Assembly: GCA_016748015.1 (NCBI GenBank)
Contig: JAAOMT010000369.1
Coordinates: 180,109 to 244,108 of the forward strand
DNA length: 64,000 nt
Direction of reading: 5' to 3'
Source: Geosiphon pyriformis uo1
Taxonomy: Eukaryota; Fungi; Glomeromycota
In this document: in pieces, positions 38,265 to 51,052 of the stretch
Numbering within the stretch: the stretch's first letter is position 1
Layout: each line of letters starts with the position of its first letter
Notes under the pieces: model-generated
Seen by the model: the letters and a program-made list of their open reading frames with translations, nothing else
Told to the model about the DNA's origin: nothing
Database searches by the model: none
Made by a program: the position numbers and the translations under genes

Positions 38265-38941
38265 TGTTACAGATTGGAGTAACAAGCTAATGGATAGCAA
38301 GGGAAAACAGGATTGTAGGGTGATGGAAATAATCAAGGAAATTTAACTTCAAAGAGCAAATTGAATAAGTATGAATTCAATGTATAAGATTAGTCTCATA
38401 AAATATCTCAGTTGCTATACTTTTTAAAAGATAACTGGGGAATTTGAAGGTAGAGAGATAATCCATACTGTCAACAAATGATTACACTTGGTATAATTCT
38501 ATGCCTCATGTTGGCGCTCTTAGAATTCAATATCAAGTATTAGATGTGCTCTTCAATTATGTTTTATTTAATAATCTTCAAATGCTGTAATTATATGTTT
38601 CAGGAAAAGGATAGATAAATACCAATAAGTAGTCTTTTATCTTTAAGATGTTCAGATACTTAAAGATAGAGAAAAAGAAATTAGTGATAAGAAAAAAATT
38701 GAGATGAAGTTGTTATTTTATTTCTTTATTTCTTTGATTCTTATATGCTTTTTTATAGCTAAAAGATTCATCACTTATATAGCTATCAAAAGTGGTCAAT
38801 GATTAGGTTAATAATCAGATCAATAATCAGGTCAATAATTAGGTCAATGATCACTTTCTAAAAATAGAGTGGCTAATTTATATGATATCAATGGCTAATA
38901 TATGTAATAATTAATAAGAAGTATAAGTTTTAACTGTAACA
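38265..38941 (-). repeat. 5' LTR of C
   Basis: Repeat of 31326-31966 with three extra 12-bp units. Confidence 0.92.
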
Positions 38942-39108
38942 GTAGTAATATATATATTAATATAGGTGTTTAGTGTTGTTTTGTTTTGTTTGAATAACTG
39001 GCCATATATTGTAAAACCATAAGTTATATTTAATTTAAACTACTTAGTTTGGTTTTATATACTAGATAACAATTAGGCTTTATTTATTAAAATAATAATA
39101 ATAATAAA
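38942..39108 (+). mobile_element. LINE-2, 3' segment (ORF2 stop, 3'UTR, decayed tail)
   Basis: ...ataggtgtttag followed by a decayed version of the LINE 3'UTR. The end point is approximate. Confidence 0.65.
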
Positions 39109-40292
39109 ACTTACCAAAAACAAATATTTTATTTTAAATATAATAATTATATTTTTAAATTTTTTATACAAAACAAAAAAAGTATTTAATAAAATAATAA
39201 TTAAAGTAATCAAAATACTAATTGATTTAAAAATAAATTTAATTATTAAAGTTAAAACACTTAATTTGGATTCCAAAAAAGCCAAACAAAAATCAATTAA
39301 AAGATTAATAATAATAACAACAATAATAACAATAATAGTAGTCAGAAAATTAATAAAAAAACCATAAAAGCAAAAATAAAAACCATAACATAAAATTTAA
39401 TTTTAGCTAAATATAATTATAAATTTCTAAAAAAAACAATAAATTAAAATAAAAACTTAAAAATAATAATAATAATATCTTATAATTTAAAATTAAATAA
39501 ATAAAATTTTAATACTTATAATATTATTAATATTTAAATGTTTTTTATTAAACAAAATATTTTTTTTAAAATACTAATTTTGATAATAATAGTATTTAAA
39601 TTATTTTTAAAGCCAAAAATAATAATTGCTTATTAAAATTATTTAACAAAATTAAAAAAATAAAAAATAAAACAAATATAATTATCAATTTAAAAAATCA
39701 GTTTATTGATTTTAAAAACTAAGCAACTAAAAAAAAATTAACTAATTTAATTTTAAATATATTACAAAAAGAATAAATTTTTTAATTCACAAAAAAAAAG
39801 TAATATTATTTTTGTTTATTAATATTAATTAACATACTAAAACAGCTGGAATTATATTAAAAAATTTAATATAAACTATAATATATTAACAAATGTTAGT
39901 AAACTTTAATAAAACTTTAAAAACTTTACTATAAATATTAAAAACAGTTTTAATATTAGTTATAAATATACTTAAAAACATATTGTGTAAAATAATAATA
40001 AAAAAAAAACTCAAATATTATTATAAATTTGGCAATTTTAAGAATAAAAAAACAAAATTAGTAAACTTAACTTGAAATATAAACTTTATACAAAAAAAAT
40101 TTTATATTATTTCTAAATAAAAACTTAATATTAATAAAATTATATATAATTTAAAATATAGTCTTAATAAAAACCAATTTATTTAAAAAAAAACACTAAA
40201 ATAAAAATTATTTACTTGATAAATTTTTGATAATTAATAATTATTTTCTAAATATTATTAAATAAAAAAAAATTTTTGTTTTTTTTAATTTT

Positions 40293-43200
40293 ATAATCAT
40301 AATCAGAGCAAAGAATAAAAAACTGATTTTAATAACTACTAAAGCATTTTTTTTATCTTTAACTAATACTTTACCAGTCAAAGTTCTTTCAAAAAAACTT
40401 ATTTGGATTAATCTTAGTGTTGTTTCTACTCTCTTTAAGAGCTTAAAAGTTTTTAATAATAGACTAGTTAACAAGTTAATTTTTTTTATAGTTTCCATAT
40501 CTGGTGTTTCTAATATTATTTCTTCAAAAAAATGATCAAAAAGATTAAAAACTCAAAAAAATAGAAGTATTATTCACTTCTGCTATTATTATACTAAATT
40601 TTTTTGTAATTTTTAATAAAATCTTAAATAAAATTTTTATTATATTATCTAAAATAGGCCAAGATCAATCATTAACTGTATTGTCAAATGTGGTATTTTT
40701 TAGCATATTTTTGCCAATTTTAGAAGCAAAACAACAGTTTTTTGTTAGATTATCTGTTCTTGAAAATTGGGCTAACCAGTGTTACAGGTGTTTCTTGGGG
40801 TGTCGAGTGAATAACAAACCCGTAACTTGGTGTGCAAAGCAATTGGTGATGATAATAATCTGAAAATATTTTATCTGAAGGTTTTCCAATCGAGTTCTTT
40901 GTATAATAGACAAAGATTCAATAATAACAGTTTATCAGTAGTTTCTTAAAACCGTAGTTTTGTCAATTGCTTACTCAGCTTGATGGTTAATGATTCTTCT
41001 GGTATGATATCCTCTGTAAGTGTATATCAGTGCTGTTTCCTGACATCAGTTTCTCTGTAAGTCCTCCAAAAGTAAGTATTATTAAGTAAGTTTTATTCCT
41101 CTGTAAGTTCTTCAAGAGTAAATTTTTTAATCAAATTAGTAGACAACAAAGAAAATAAAGAAAAGATAAAAGAGAAAATAAGAAATAAGCCAAGGCAATT
41201 TGCAAGTTAGTATCCCATCAATAGCCATGATCAAAAGCTATTGTTCTAGTATGGTTAAGTATCAATTACTATTAACATGAAGTGTTGATAGTGGCAGCAG
41301 GTTTGAGATAACAAACAGTTATTTATTTGTGGTTTTGGAAAGTTGTCTAGATGAAATCTAAAATGAAAGGTCTTACTAAAGAATTTTTTTTTTTTTGTAA
41401 TTTTAATAATTATGATTTTGCAAGTTTAATTGATTCTATGAGTCTAATTGACTTCACGAATTAATTGACTCTAAGTTCCATTGACTAATTTTCTAACTTC
41501 TAATACTACTGCTATATATACATATTTGAGATTTCTCAATTCCTCAATTTTTCATGTCAGGAATCCTGGAATTTCTGGAATTCTACAATTCCTTTAAGAG
41601 GAATTCTGGAATTCTGGAATCCTATGATTCCTCGTGTAAGAATTCTGCAATTTCTGGAATCCTGCAATTTTTCTGAGAAGAATCCTGAAATTCCATATTT
41701 ACTATGTCTACCTATGATTGGCTAATTTATATGCTAATATACTTTGTATATTTTATGAGTAACACCAGTTAGAAATTAATTTATTTTCTTTGTTGTTTTT
41801 AATACTATTGTTAATGTTACTTAAAAAATTATTATTAGTTATTAAATATTTGTTGAATAAGTAGTCTTTATTCTGGTGCTTGATACTATTTTTAAGATTA
41901 AATTGGCTTATATTAAAACTGTTTTTCAGTTTGTATATGGTTTTCTGAATACAAAATTAATATTAAAAAACAATATAAAGCTTTTTTACATAGAATTTGC
42001 TTTTCAAAAATCTTTAAAAACTATATTTTTGGTTAAGTTTACAAGCTTTGTTTATTTGGCCACTTTTAAAACCACCAAATTTTTGGTGGTTTCTAAATCT
42101 GGTTTTTTTTTACTGCTGTTATATTATATAATATGTTTTTAAATGTATTTACTACTAATATCAAAATACCACTTAGTGTTTTTGGTAAAATTATTTATGT
42201 TATACTAAAGTTTACTGGTGTTTAGTAATATGTAGTTGTTTATTTTATAAAACTAAATACTGCTGTATTTATTTTAGATTATTAATTAGTTTTAATAAAC
42301 AAGAATAGTATTAAGATCCTTTTTTTAATTAATCAAAATAAGATTATTTTGTCTAAAAATAAGTTCAAAACCAAGTTAATTGTTTTTTTTTTTATTGTAC
42401 TATTTTTGAAATCAGCAATATAATTTTACAGATTAGTGGTTAATTTTGGTTATTGTTTCTAGTTTGTATTAATTATATTTAGTTTTTAAGTAAATTTAAA
42501 TATTGCAATAATTAAAACTAGTATATTAAAAAAGTGCTATAACTGATAAAAAACTCTTAGTTGTTAGTACTGTTTTAGGTATTAAAAAATAAACCATCTG
42601 ACTGTAAATTATAAAATGTCCTCACTCTTTATTTTCAAGATTTTTAAGGTATTTATGTCTTGTTTTATAAGTACTAGATCTTATGCCAAAACTTTTGCTC
42701 TTATGAACTTTCTTAAACTTTTTTTTTGACAGTTTTTGTTTCTTTTTCTGTAATTGTTGGTAATTTTTTGGTTTTTTTTTAGTTGGCTTTTTTGAAGTTT
42801 GATTTGGCCAAAATAACTATTTTAGTTGAATCTATTATTGAACTTATTGGTTTTTTAATAACTGTATTTGACTAATTTGTTAAGAATAATTTTGTTTTAA
42901 GCAATGTTTTTAGCCTTAAAGTTAATAAGTTTATAATACATCTAAAAACTTTTAACAAGATTGTTGGTAAGTTAAAAAAAAAATTTTATTAAAAAAAATA
43001 TTATATAGAGAATATTAATATGTTTAACAATTTAGCAGATCAAGTTATTATTAATAATAAGATGTTTTTTAATTTAATGTTATTTTGGATTCACAAATCT
43101 GTTAATTTAAAACTAATTCTTTAAAAACAGTTAAATTACTAATTAGATTGGTTTTTTGTAGTATTATTTTGTTTAATATAATTTAAAAGATGTTTTTTTT

Positions 43201-43360
43201 GGATAATTTTTCTTTTGTTATATTAATATAATATAATTTGAACTAGTTTAAGTAACTGGTTATATGTAAAAAGTACATAAACTATATTTAACTCTAAAAT
43301 GCTTAGTTTGTTTCTAATTTTTAAATAATAATTGAATCTTATTTATTAAACATATAATAA
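40293..43360 (+). mobile_element. ORF1-only non-LTR element, copy 1 (older; interrupted by a solo LTR)
   Basis: Colinear, AT-decayed homolog of 44042-46294, including the 3' tail. Confidence 0.8.
40780..41764 (-). mobile_element. Solo LTR E (related to the A/D LTRs in R-U5)
   Basis: TGTTAC...GTAACA termini, TSD CCAG/CCAG, no internal domain. Empty site visible at ~44660. Confidence 0.9.
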
Positions 43361-43381
43361 ATATATATATATATATATATT
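43361..43381. repeat. (AT)n microsatellite abutting the element tail
   Basis: Read directly from the sequence. Confidence 0.85.
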
Positions 43382-44041
43382 ATTAAAAATAATACCAGAA
43401 AACAAAAAAAAATAGTTGATTTATTACTATTAAATTAGTTTAATTTTTAAAATTAAGTAATCTAATACTATAATTAATATTAATAATACAAAATAACAAA
43501 AAAGCCAAAAAAAAAACAAAAAAAGCCAAAACTTTATTTTTTATAAAAAAACAGATTTTAAAACACTAAAATTAACAAAAAAATCTTTTAGTATTTTAAA
43601 AAAATTATTATTAAACATAGTAAAAATATGAAAAAATTGTTTTTTGGCTATTTTGGCTTTTTTAATTATTTAAACAACAGTAAAAAAAACAAAAAACAAA
43701 AATCTAATTATTAAATTTTATTAAATACTTTAAAATTTTTAAAAAAACAAAAATTATATTAAAACTATTCCAAATAAACTATTTTAAAAAAACTTAAAAA
43801 AAAAAACTTTTAATTAAAGATAAAAAAATGCTTTTTAAATAACAAAAAATTAATTAACTATTATTTTATTAATAAAAAAACTATCAATTGCTTCAAATAA
43901 CAAAGAAAATAAAAAATTATAGATTTTTTACTTTTTGTTATAATTATAATTATAAAAGTAAAATAAATAAAGTTTTTTTGTTTTAATATTTTTATATAAA
44001 AATTAATAATAAAAAACAAAACTTTTTGTTTCCTTAATTTT

Positions 44042-46294
44042 ATGACTATAACCAGAGCAAAGAGTAAAAAAGCTGTACCTAATATCTGTCATGAGATATC
44101 TAATAAAATTTCAACCAAAAGAGCTTTCTCTGTTATAGAAGCAACTAGGCAAAACGTTTTAGAAGCCTTTTTTTTACCCAGTAATTGTGATAAGCTGCCT
44201 TTGGTAGCCACTGAAGCAACTTTCTCATTCTTAACTGGTTTCTCATCAGTCAAAATTCTCTTAAAGAGACACACTTAAGTTAGTCCCAGTGTTGCTTTCA
44301 CTTTTATTAAGAGCCCAAAAGTGTTTAATAATAGACCAGTTAACAAACTGGTTTTTTTTTCTATGGCTTCTATATCTGGTGTTGTTAGCACTTCTTCTTT
44401 AAAAAAATGGTCAAAAAGACCAAAAGTTCAGAAAAGTGGAAGCAGTCACTTGTTTTTGCTATTGTTACACCGAATCCCTTTGTGGTTCCCAATGAGATCT
44501 TAGATGAGATCTTCATAGTATTATCCAACACATTATCTAAGATGGGTCTAGATCAACTACTGGCTGTGTTGCCAAATATAGTGTCTTCTGGTAGATTATT
44601 GCTGGTTTTAGAAACAAAACAATCTCCTCCTGTTGGGTCATCTGTTTTTAAGAACTGGGCTGATCAAATAGAAACTGAATCATCTCCTTCTCTAGTTTTT
44701 GGTGCTACTTTTGGTAATGCTTAAAAAACTATTACTAGTCATCAAAGGTTTGTTGAGTGGATGGCCTTTACTTTAGTGCTACTTTTAAGATCAAATTGGT
44801 TCATGTTAAGGCTGTTTTTCAGTCAGTACATGGTTTCTTGAGTGCAAAGTCAGTGTTAAAGGACAATGTGAAGCTGTTTTGTGTGAAGTTTGTTTCTTAA
44901 GTGTCTTTAAAAGCTGCATTTTTGGTTGAGCTTACAAGTTCTGTACATTTAACCACCCTCAAAATTGCCAAGTTTTTAGTAGTTTCTGAGTTTGGCTCTC
45001 TTTCTGCTGCTGTTACACTGTGTGATGTGTCTTTGGGTGTGTCTGCTGTTGACATTAAAACAGCTCTCAGTGTTTTTGGTGTGATTACTCATGTTGTGCT
45101 GAAGTCTGCTAGCATTTGGCAGTATGTTGTAATTTATTTTGAGAATTTAATTGCTGCTACATCTGTTTTCAATTACTGGTCAGTTTTGGTGGACAAGAAT
45201 AGTGTTTAGATTCTTTCTCTTGTGAATCAACAAGAAAAAATTGTGTTTTATAATAGGTTTAAGACCAAGTTGGTCAACTTTCCTCTTAACTGTACTGTCT
45301 TTGAAATTAGTAATATGGTTTCTTAAATTGATAGTTGGTCTTGTTTTATTTTTGGTCTCCTAATTTTGGTTATCGTTTTTGCTTTGTTCTGGTTATGTTT
45401 GGCTCTCAAGCTGATTTGGATCTTGCTGTTATTAAAACTGGTACACTAAAAAAGTGCTGTATCTGATAGAAAACTCCTAGTTGTTGGCATTGTTTTCGGT
45501 GTCAAGAGATAGGCCACTTGGCCATGGACTATAAGGTTGCTCTACCTCCCTCTTCTAAGGCTTCCAAAATGTTTAAACCATATTTTGTCAGTTCTTTGTC
45601 TTATGCAAAGACATTTGTTCTCTCTGTTCTTTTTGAGTTTCTTCTTTTGGTGGCTTCTGCTCTTTCTGTTGCTGTTGAAGATTCTTTGGTGTTTTTTTGG
45701 CTGGCATCTCTGGAATCTGATTTGGCCAAGCTTTCTGTTTTAATTGAATCTATTGTTAAGTCTGTAAGCTCTATGGTCAAAGTTTTTAAACAATTTGTTA
45801 ATGGTGATCTGGTTTCAAGTTCTGTTTTTGGTCTCAGAGTTAATGAGGTTTTAGTTCACATCAGTATCTTTAACAGAACTGTTGATAAGTTGGAGTGAGA
45901 AGTGGTCACTCTGAAAACTGAATGTGGTTTTGAGGACATTGATATGTCTGGTCTTTATGTAAGTTTGTTATTTTTTAATGATAATATGTTTTCTAATTTG
46001 ATGTCTCTTTGGAAACATAAATCTGCTGTTATAAAGGCTAATATTTTTAAGACAGCTGAATGGTTGGTTGAATTGGTTAATAATAGTGCTACATTATTTG
46101 AAATTGTTCAAAAGATGTCTTCTTTGAATAAGTTTTCTTTTGGTGCATCAATGTAGTATAGTCTGAACTGGCTTGAGTAGCTGGTTATATGTAGAAAATA
46201 TGTGAATCACATCTAATTTAAGACTCTATATAGTCATATTGTATTAAATAGTGGTTGGGCCTTGCTTATTAAACTCTAATAAAAAAAAAAAAAA
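44042..46294 (+). mobile_element. ORF1-only (HAL1-like) non-LTR element, copy 2
   Basis: Single ~700-codon decayed ORF (44042-46156) with RRM-like blocks, CFRCQEIGHLAMD(C) and a coiled coil. Followed directly by a LINE-like 3'UTR and poly(A) at 46281-46294. No ORF2. Confidence 0.82.
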
Positions 46295-46723
46295 TTAATA
46301 ATTATTATTTATAATAATATAGCCAAAAAAATTTTAACAAAAAATATTATGTATAATCTTATTAACAATAATTTTATACAAAACCAAAAAAACAAATAGA
46401 AATATTAAATACTCTGATAATAAAACAGTTTTTTTTTGGATAAATTTTTTTTTAATGATTTAATTATTAATAAAAAATATAAAAACTGATTTTAAGTATA
46501 AAATAAAAAAATTTGTAATAATAAATAATGAATTTAATATAAATAGCAAAAATAAAACTTTTTTAAATTCTATTACTAAGTAGAAAAACCAACCAATTAC
46601 AAAAAAACATAATTAAAACATAATAAAATACAATAATATAAAATAATGCCAAATAATTAGTAATAATGTTAAATAATATAAAATAACATAAAATAAATAA
46701 TATAGAATATTAACTATTTTATA

Positions 46724-46740
46724 ATATATATATATATATA
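46724..46740. repeat. (TA)n at the boundary between TE region and gene island
   Basis: Read directly from the sequence. Confidence 0.8.
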
Positions 46741-46849
46741 CAAGTAAAAAAAAATCTTTTATTGTAGATTTAATCTTAAAAATCAGTATTTAAGAAATTT
46801 TCTCTGGACGGAAAATCCAAGATGCACATCTCACTTTGAGCCTTAAGCA

Positions 46850-48002
46850 ATGATGCAAAGAGCGAAACGAAGAAGGGTCGAAAAGGAAGTCAAGAATGCA
46901 AAAGACAAAGCCTTTGTAAAAGGCAAAGGGTCTTTAGATTTAGAGAGCGACAAATCTCAAGAACAGGTTGAGAAAGAGCAAAACTCTCAAACGTCAGAAA
47001 GCAATGACTCTGGGCAAGAGGAAAAAGATTCAGACTCTAAACAAGAAGAAATTGGGAAAGAAGTCAGTTCAATCCAATATGGCGGTTAAGTAGCAGATAA
47101 CTTATGATTGAAGTTTTTTCTCTAAAAACTTATGTATTATTTAAAGCTAATAAGTTGAAATTAATAGACCAATCGAAGGAAAAGGAGGATAATAGTGAGT
47201 CAGAGGATTTCCAAGAAGAAAGTGATTACGATTCTGAAGAGATTTTAGCCCTAAAAAGTTGTATCGAAACAAATTTCGCTTTCCCAAAAATTGTTGGCCT
47301 TTCCGTTCAATAAACTTACATCGATTTAAGAAAATCATTAGAAAGAAAAAAATCAACCAAAAAGACTACTGCTGACTTTTCTGAAGCGATGAACAAAATT
47401 TTATCGAGCCAGGTCAAGGTGGCAGATAAACAGGTAATTTTACCTAAGCATCATTTATTTATTGATCATAAGTGACGAGAAGAAAAAATTTTATTCTTTT
47501 TCTCTTAAAATCTTGAAATCAGTTACCGATTTTGTCGAGATCTAAAGGGATAGAAAAGAGAATCGACGAGAAAAGGCTTGAATATCGTGCTCGAAAAGTT
47601 CTGAATATCGAAAATAAAAAATTGGCCTCGAAGGATCGTGTTAAAGGCAATTTTACAACACCCGATCAAGAACGTAAACTAAGAAAGATTGGGACACGAG
47701 GAGGTATGTTTTTGTTTTATTTTAATCGGCTTGGTGCGATTGACAATCTCATTAGATTTGAATTTAGTTGTGACATTGTTCAACGCTATACGGGAGGCTC
47801 AAAAAGCTGCAGAAGAAGTAGTTGAAGCCGTAGGTGGTCAAAACAAGCTAACCACCAGACAAGCCAAAGATCGTGAGCTATCAAATTATTTTCTGTCTTA
47901 AAATAAAATAAAAAATTTTAACGAACCATTTATTATTATGACCTAGTTGCTACAATGTCAAAGTCCACTTTCCTTGACATATTAAAAGGCGGGAGAAGTT
48001 GA
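46850..48002 (+). CDS. RRP15: Ribosomal RNA processing protein 15, multi-exon
   Basis: Acidic N-terminus; FSEAMNKILS..PILSRSK..ERKLRKIGTRG|VVTLFNAI..MSKSTFLDILKGG; GT-AG introns; TGA at 48000-48002. 5' exon boundaries are approximate. Confidence 0.88.
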
Positions 48003-48875
48003 AGAACGATGTTTATAGAATCGCTTGATTATTTAACTCAAAGCTTTATCATGATGCCTATATTTGATTGGATCGTTTTAATCGTATAACAGTATCATTT
48101 TCAATGAAGCTGTGTATTACAGGTAAGAAATATTCAAGCAAGCATTTTATTTGACCGTTTCCACATCCTGCTTATTGTTTTTAGGACAGATTCCTCTAAA
48201 ATAGTTTTTACTATCTCATTCCTTCATCTTGTACAAGCAAGCAGGTCCGTTAAAACAGTTTTTATAAGGCTCACTAGCTGGACGAGAAAAGTGAGTTTTT
48301 ATATCGAAAGAATCCAAGTTTTAGATTAATGGGGCTTCTATAGTTTCGCTTCTTACGAGAATACAACTTATATTGTTAAACAAATATTCGAAAACCTTGT
48401 GTTGGTTCCTTTACTTTCCAATTAATTGGATCCATTATTCTGAAAGCTTATCAAATCATACGGAAATTCCTGTAGCACGAAAAGAATCTTGGTCTATCTA
48501 TTCGGTCAGTTCAACATTATCTGGTAGAAATTGTAGGTCAATAATACTGTTTGCAATATCAGATAATATGACCATTCAACCGTTTCAAGTAAAAGATAGC
48601 GAGATTTTATCTGAGATATTGAAGAGGGGTATTATATTATTTTACAAATAATAGGTGAGACGCATTTCCAAGCTCAAAAGTTGAAGCTTTTATGAAGGAA
48701 ATATAAATAATCTAAAGGCTCCTAAGAGAAGTAAATTGGATACTGTATCAAATAGCAATATCGTATGAATAAAAGTTAGGGTCTCAAAGAATCATCTTTG
48801 AAATATTCCCAATCGTAAGATAAGAGGAATAGATAGTAAGCTACTAGGAAGACATTCATTCCAGAGAGCACCTGA

Positions 48876-51052
48876 TCATCCAGGAAAATAAGAACTTTTC
48901 CTCGAAAACATAGACCTTTGAAAAGAGTAAAACTGAATTCAGGAAATAAAATCTAATAAAATTTTAGTATTTGCTTACATTCGGGAGCCTCCAAAATTGG
49001 ATGACATTATTGCGTCTTCAAGAGCAGATCGTGTAACAGAAGAATCTTCTAATTAAGGCAATAAAAATAGATAGGTTATGAAAATATAGGATACAATTCA
49101 TATTTCCTGGAAGACCATGTTTTTGATACCTGATATATCGCTAAACGAAGAACCCATCGAATTAGGGCCGCTTATAGTTTCGGAAACTGCAGCGGCAGGA
49201 GTTTTACCGGTCGAGCTACTGCTAAATGCTGCAAAGTGATAAACTTACTGAGTAACACTTAATAAAATATTCTTACTCTCAACTAATTAATCGCTCAACT
49301 TTTACCAGCATCCAGTGCAGGTGAAGATTTTACGTTTGGCTGGGGGCTTTTTCCTGAATTAACCATAGGGGCTCTAGGGCGATGAATATCGAAATTATTC
49401 TTGACATGGATGTTTGATTGACTAACTTTTTTGGGACTATTTGAATGGAGATTTTCTGAACTTCCAATAGCTCCTACTACTCCAAGCGGCAAAAAGGCAG
49501 CAACTCCTTGCAACTTTTTTAATCGATCACTAAAGGATGCAGCAATGCTTTGTTCTATAATACTGCTTTTTGATTCTTGATAATCTTCATCGTTTTCATC
49601 ATCCGGGCTTAAATCGTCTAATTGAAGGCTTCGGCTAGGATCGTCAGCCTCAGTATCTTCGTCTTCATTGTAAGATAATTTATTATGTAAATCTTGAGCG
49701 AGGGCATTCAAAGATGAAGCTGACGTCTCAAATGACGTTGTAGCAGCAGACTCAGATTCTATTGTTGAAAGTGTAGTAATATATGAGTTCTGTGTGGTGA
49801 TTGGTCTGAGGTTTGATGTAATTTGGTCAGCAGGAGTAATGGTAGATACTGAAGACGCGGTAGAAATTGGACGTCTCGAATATGAAGTTGAATTAACGTA
49901 TGAAGGAAGACCTGAATTAAGTGGATTAAAGGGTGTTTTGTTCGAGGTGCCTGTAGCATATTATTACAGGTAGAATAGAAAGATTCGCATAAATTTAATG
50001 TTTGGTATTGTGGAGAAAGATTTGAACCCGAACCTTGGTATGTCAAGTTAGGATCATATACAGAATCTCCGAGGGGTGTGTTAAGTGATGACGAAGAAGA
50101 TCCGATGGGAACCTTCTGCCCACTCGTAAAACTGCCGAGCCGTGCATTATCTTGCATGACTGTATTCCCAGTATTACCACGAGAGAGGATGTAAGACTGC
50201 TCTCTGATGGATCCTGATGACGAGGATCTCGGATTACCTAATAAGACGTAATTAGGTTCAATTTTATTAATGCACAAAGATTGATAGAATGGCATCCAAT
50301 CCGTTTAAGAAGATATTACCTTCATTAGTATCAGATAGAGAACCTTTTGTTAACGAAGCTCGACTTGAGGCTCTTGGGGGATTTACCGGATCACTAATAT
50401 CCAAATTGGATGTCTTAGTGAAAGAAGCCCTACTAGAAGCTCGTGTACGAGTTGGTAGATCATTTCCGTCTAAAGCAGGCACTTTCGTCAATGATGCCCT
50501 GCTGGAAGCTCGCGGGGAATTAGATCCAGCACCTATTGCAGCTAGATTTCCGCTACTATTACTAGCACTAAGAACTTCTCCCCTTCGCAATTGTGCTTGA
50601 ACACCTCGCAGTTGGGTTTCATACAAGAAAGCTGCATGTCGTAAAAGATAGGGTATTGGAACATTTAAAAGTCGCGAAGCTAGATTCCCTATTTTATTAT
50701 AAAATCAAGTAAAATGAAACTTTGTCAGAATATCAATTGTAAATAACATATGGAAGATGATCAATGGCTTTTTTCTGCTATAAAATGACTTCAAGTTGAA
50801 TGACAAATTTCAACAAACTTACTAACAATCAATGCTCTGTCGTTTATTTTGGGTTAAAATTTCCCATAACTTTTGCTCCATAGCCTCAGTCCATATAATC
50901 TATGAAGGACGTTATAAAATTTAAACCGTTAGAGAATTTGGCATCAAACTTGGAATAAAAAACAAGTAACTCACAGAGGTTGGTTCGATAAACCCTGGTG
51001 GTCTCCGATAAGGAAGACGAATTATCACATGTAAAGGCTCTTCTGAAGACAT
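48876..51052 (-). CDS. ATG29: Autophagy protein Atg29-like, ~8 exons
   Basis: Spliced N-domain HVIIRLPYRRPPGFIEPTS|IIWTEAMEQKLWEIL..SIDW|NLASRLLNVPIPYLLRHAAFLYETQL. C-terminal SMGSSFSDIS|EDSSVTRSALEDAIMS..SRM|SMFSRKSSYFPG*. Both resemble filamentous-fungal Atg29. Confidence 0.8.

Larger units (their letters stand above)
31326..38941 (-). mobile_element. Ty3/gypsy element C, full length, no dUTPase
   Basis: LTRs 31326-31966 and 38265-38941. TSD GTAG/GTAG. PBS 38241-38258. PPT GGAGAGGATGA at 31967-31977. Confidence 0.93.

Noticed and set aside
39073-40498. Short I/K/F/L-rich ORFs in AT-rich DNA
   Set aside because: Compositional artefacts or antisense frames of decayed elements.
43495-43665. 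MITE-like inverted AAAAGCCAAAA / TTTTGGCTTTT motifs
   Set aside because: Too short and low-complexity in near-pure AT DNA; no TSD.
48373-48651. 92-aa ORF between RRP15 and ATG29
   Set aside because: TTG start, no recognisable motif, lies in the convergent 3' region.
50289-50600. Plus-strand 103-aa ORF
   Set aside because: Antisense shadow of the ATG29 repeat exon.
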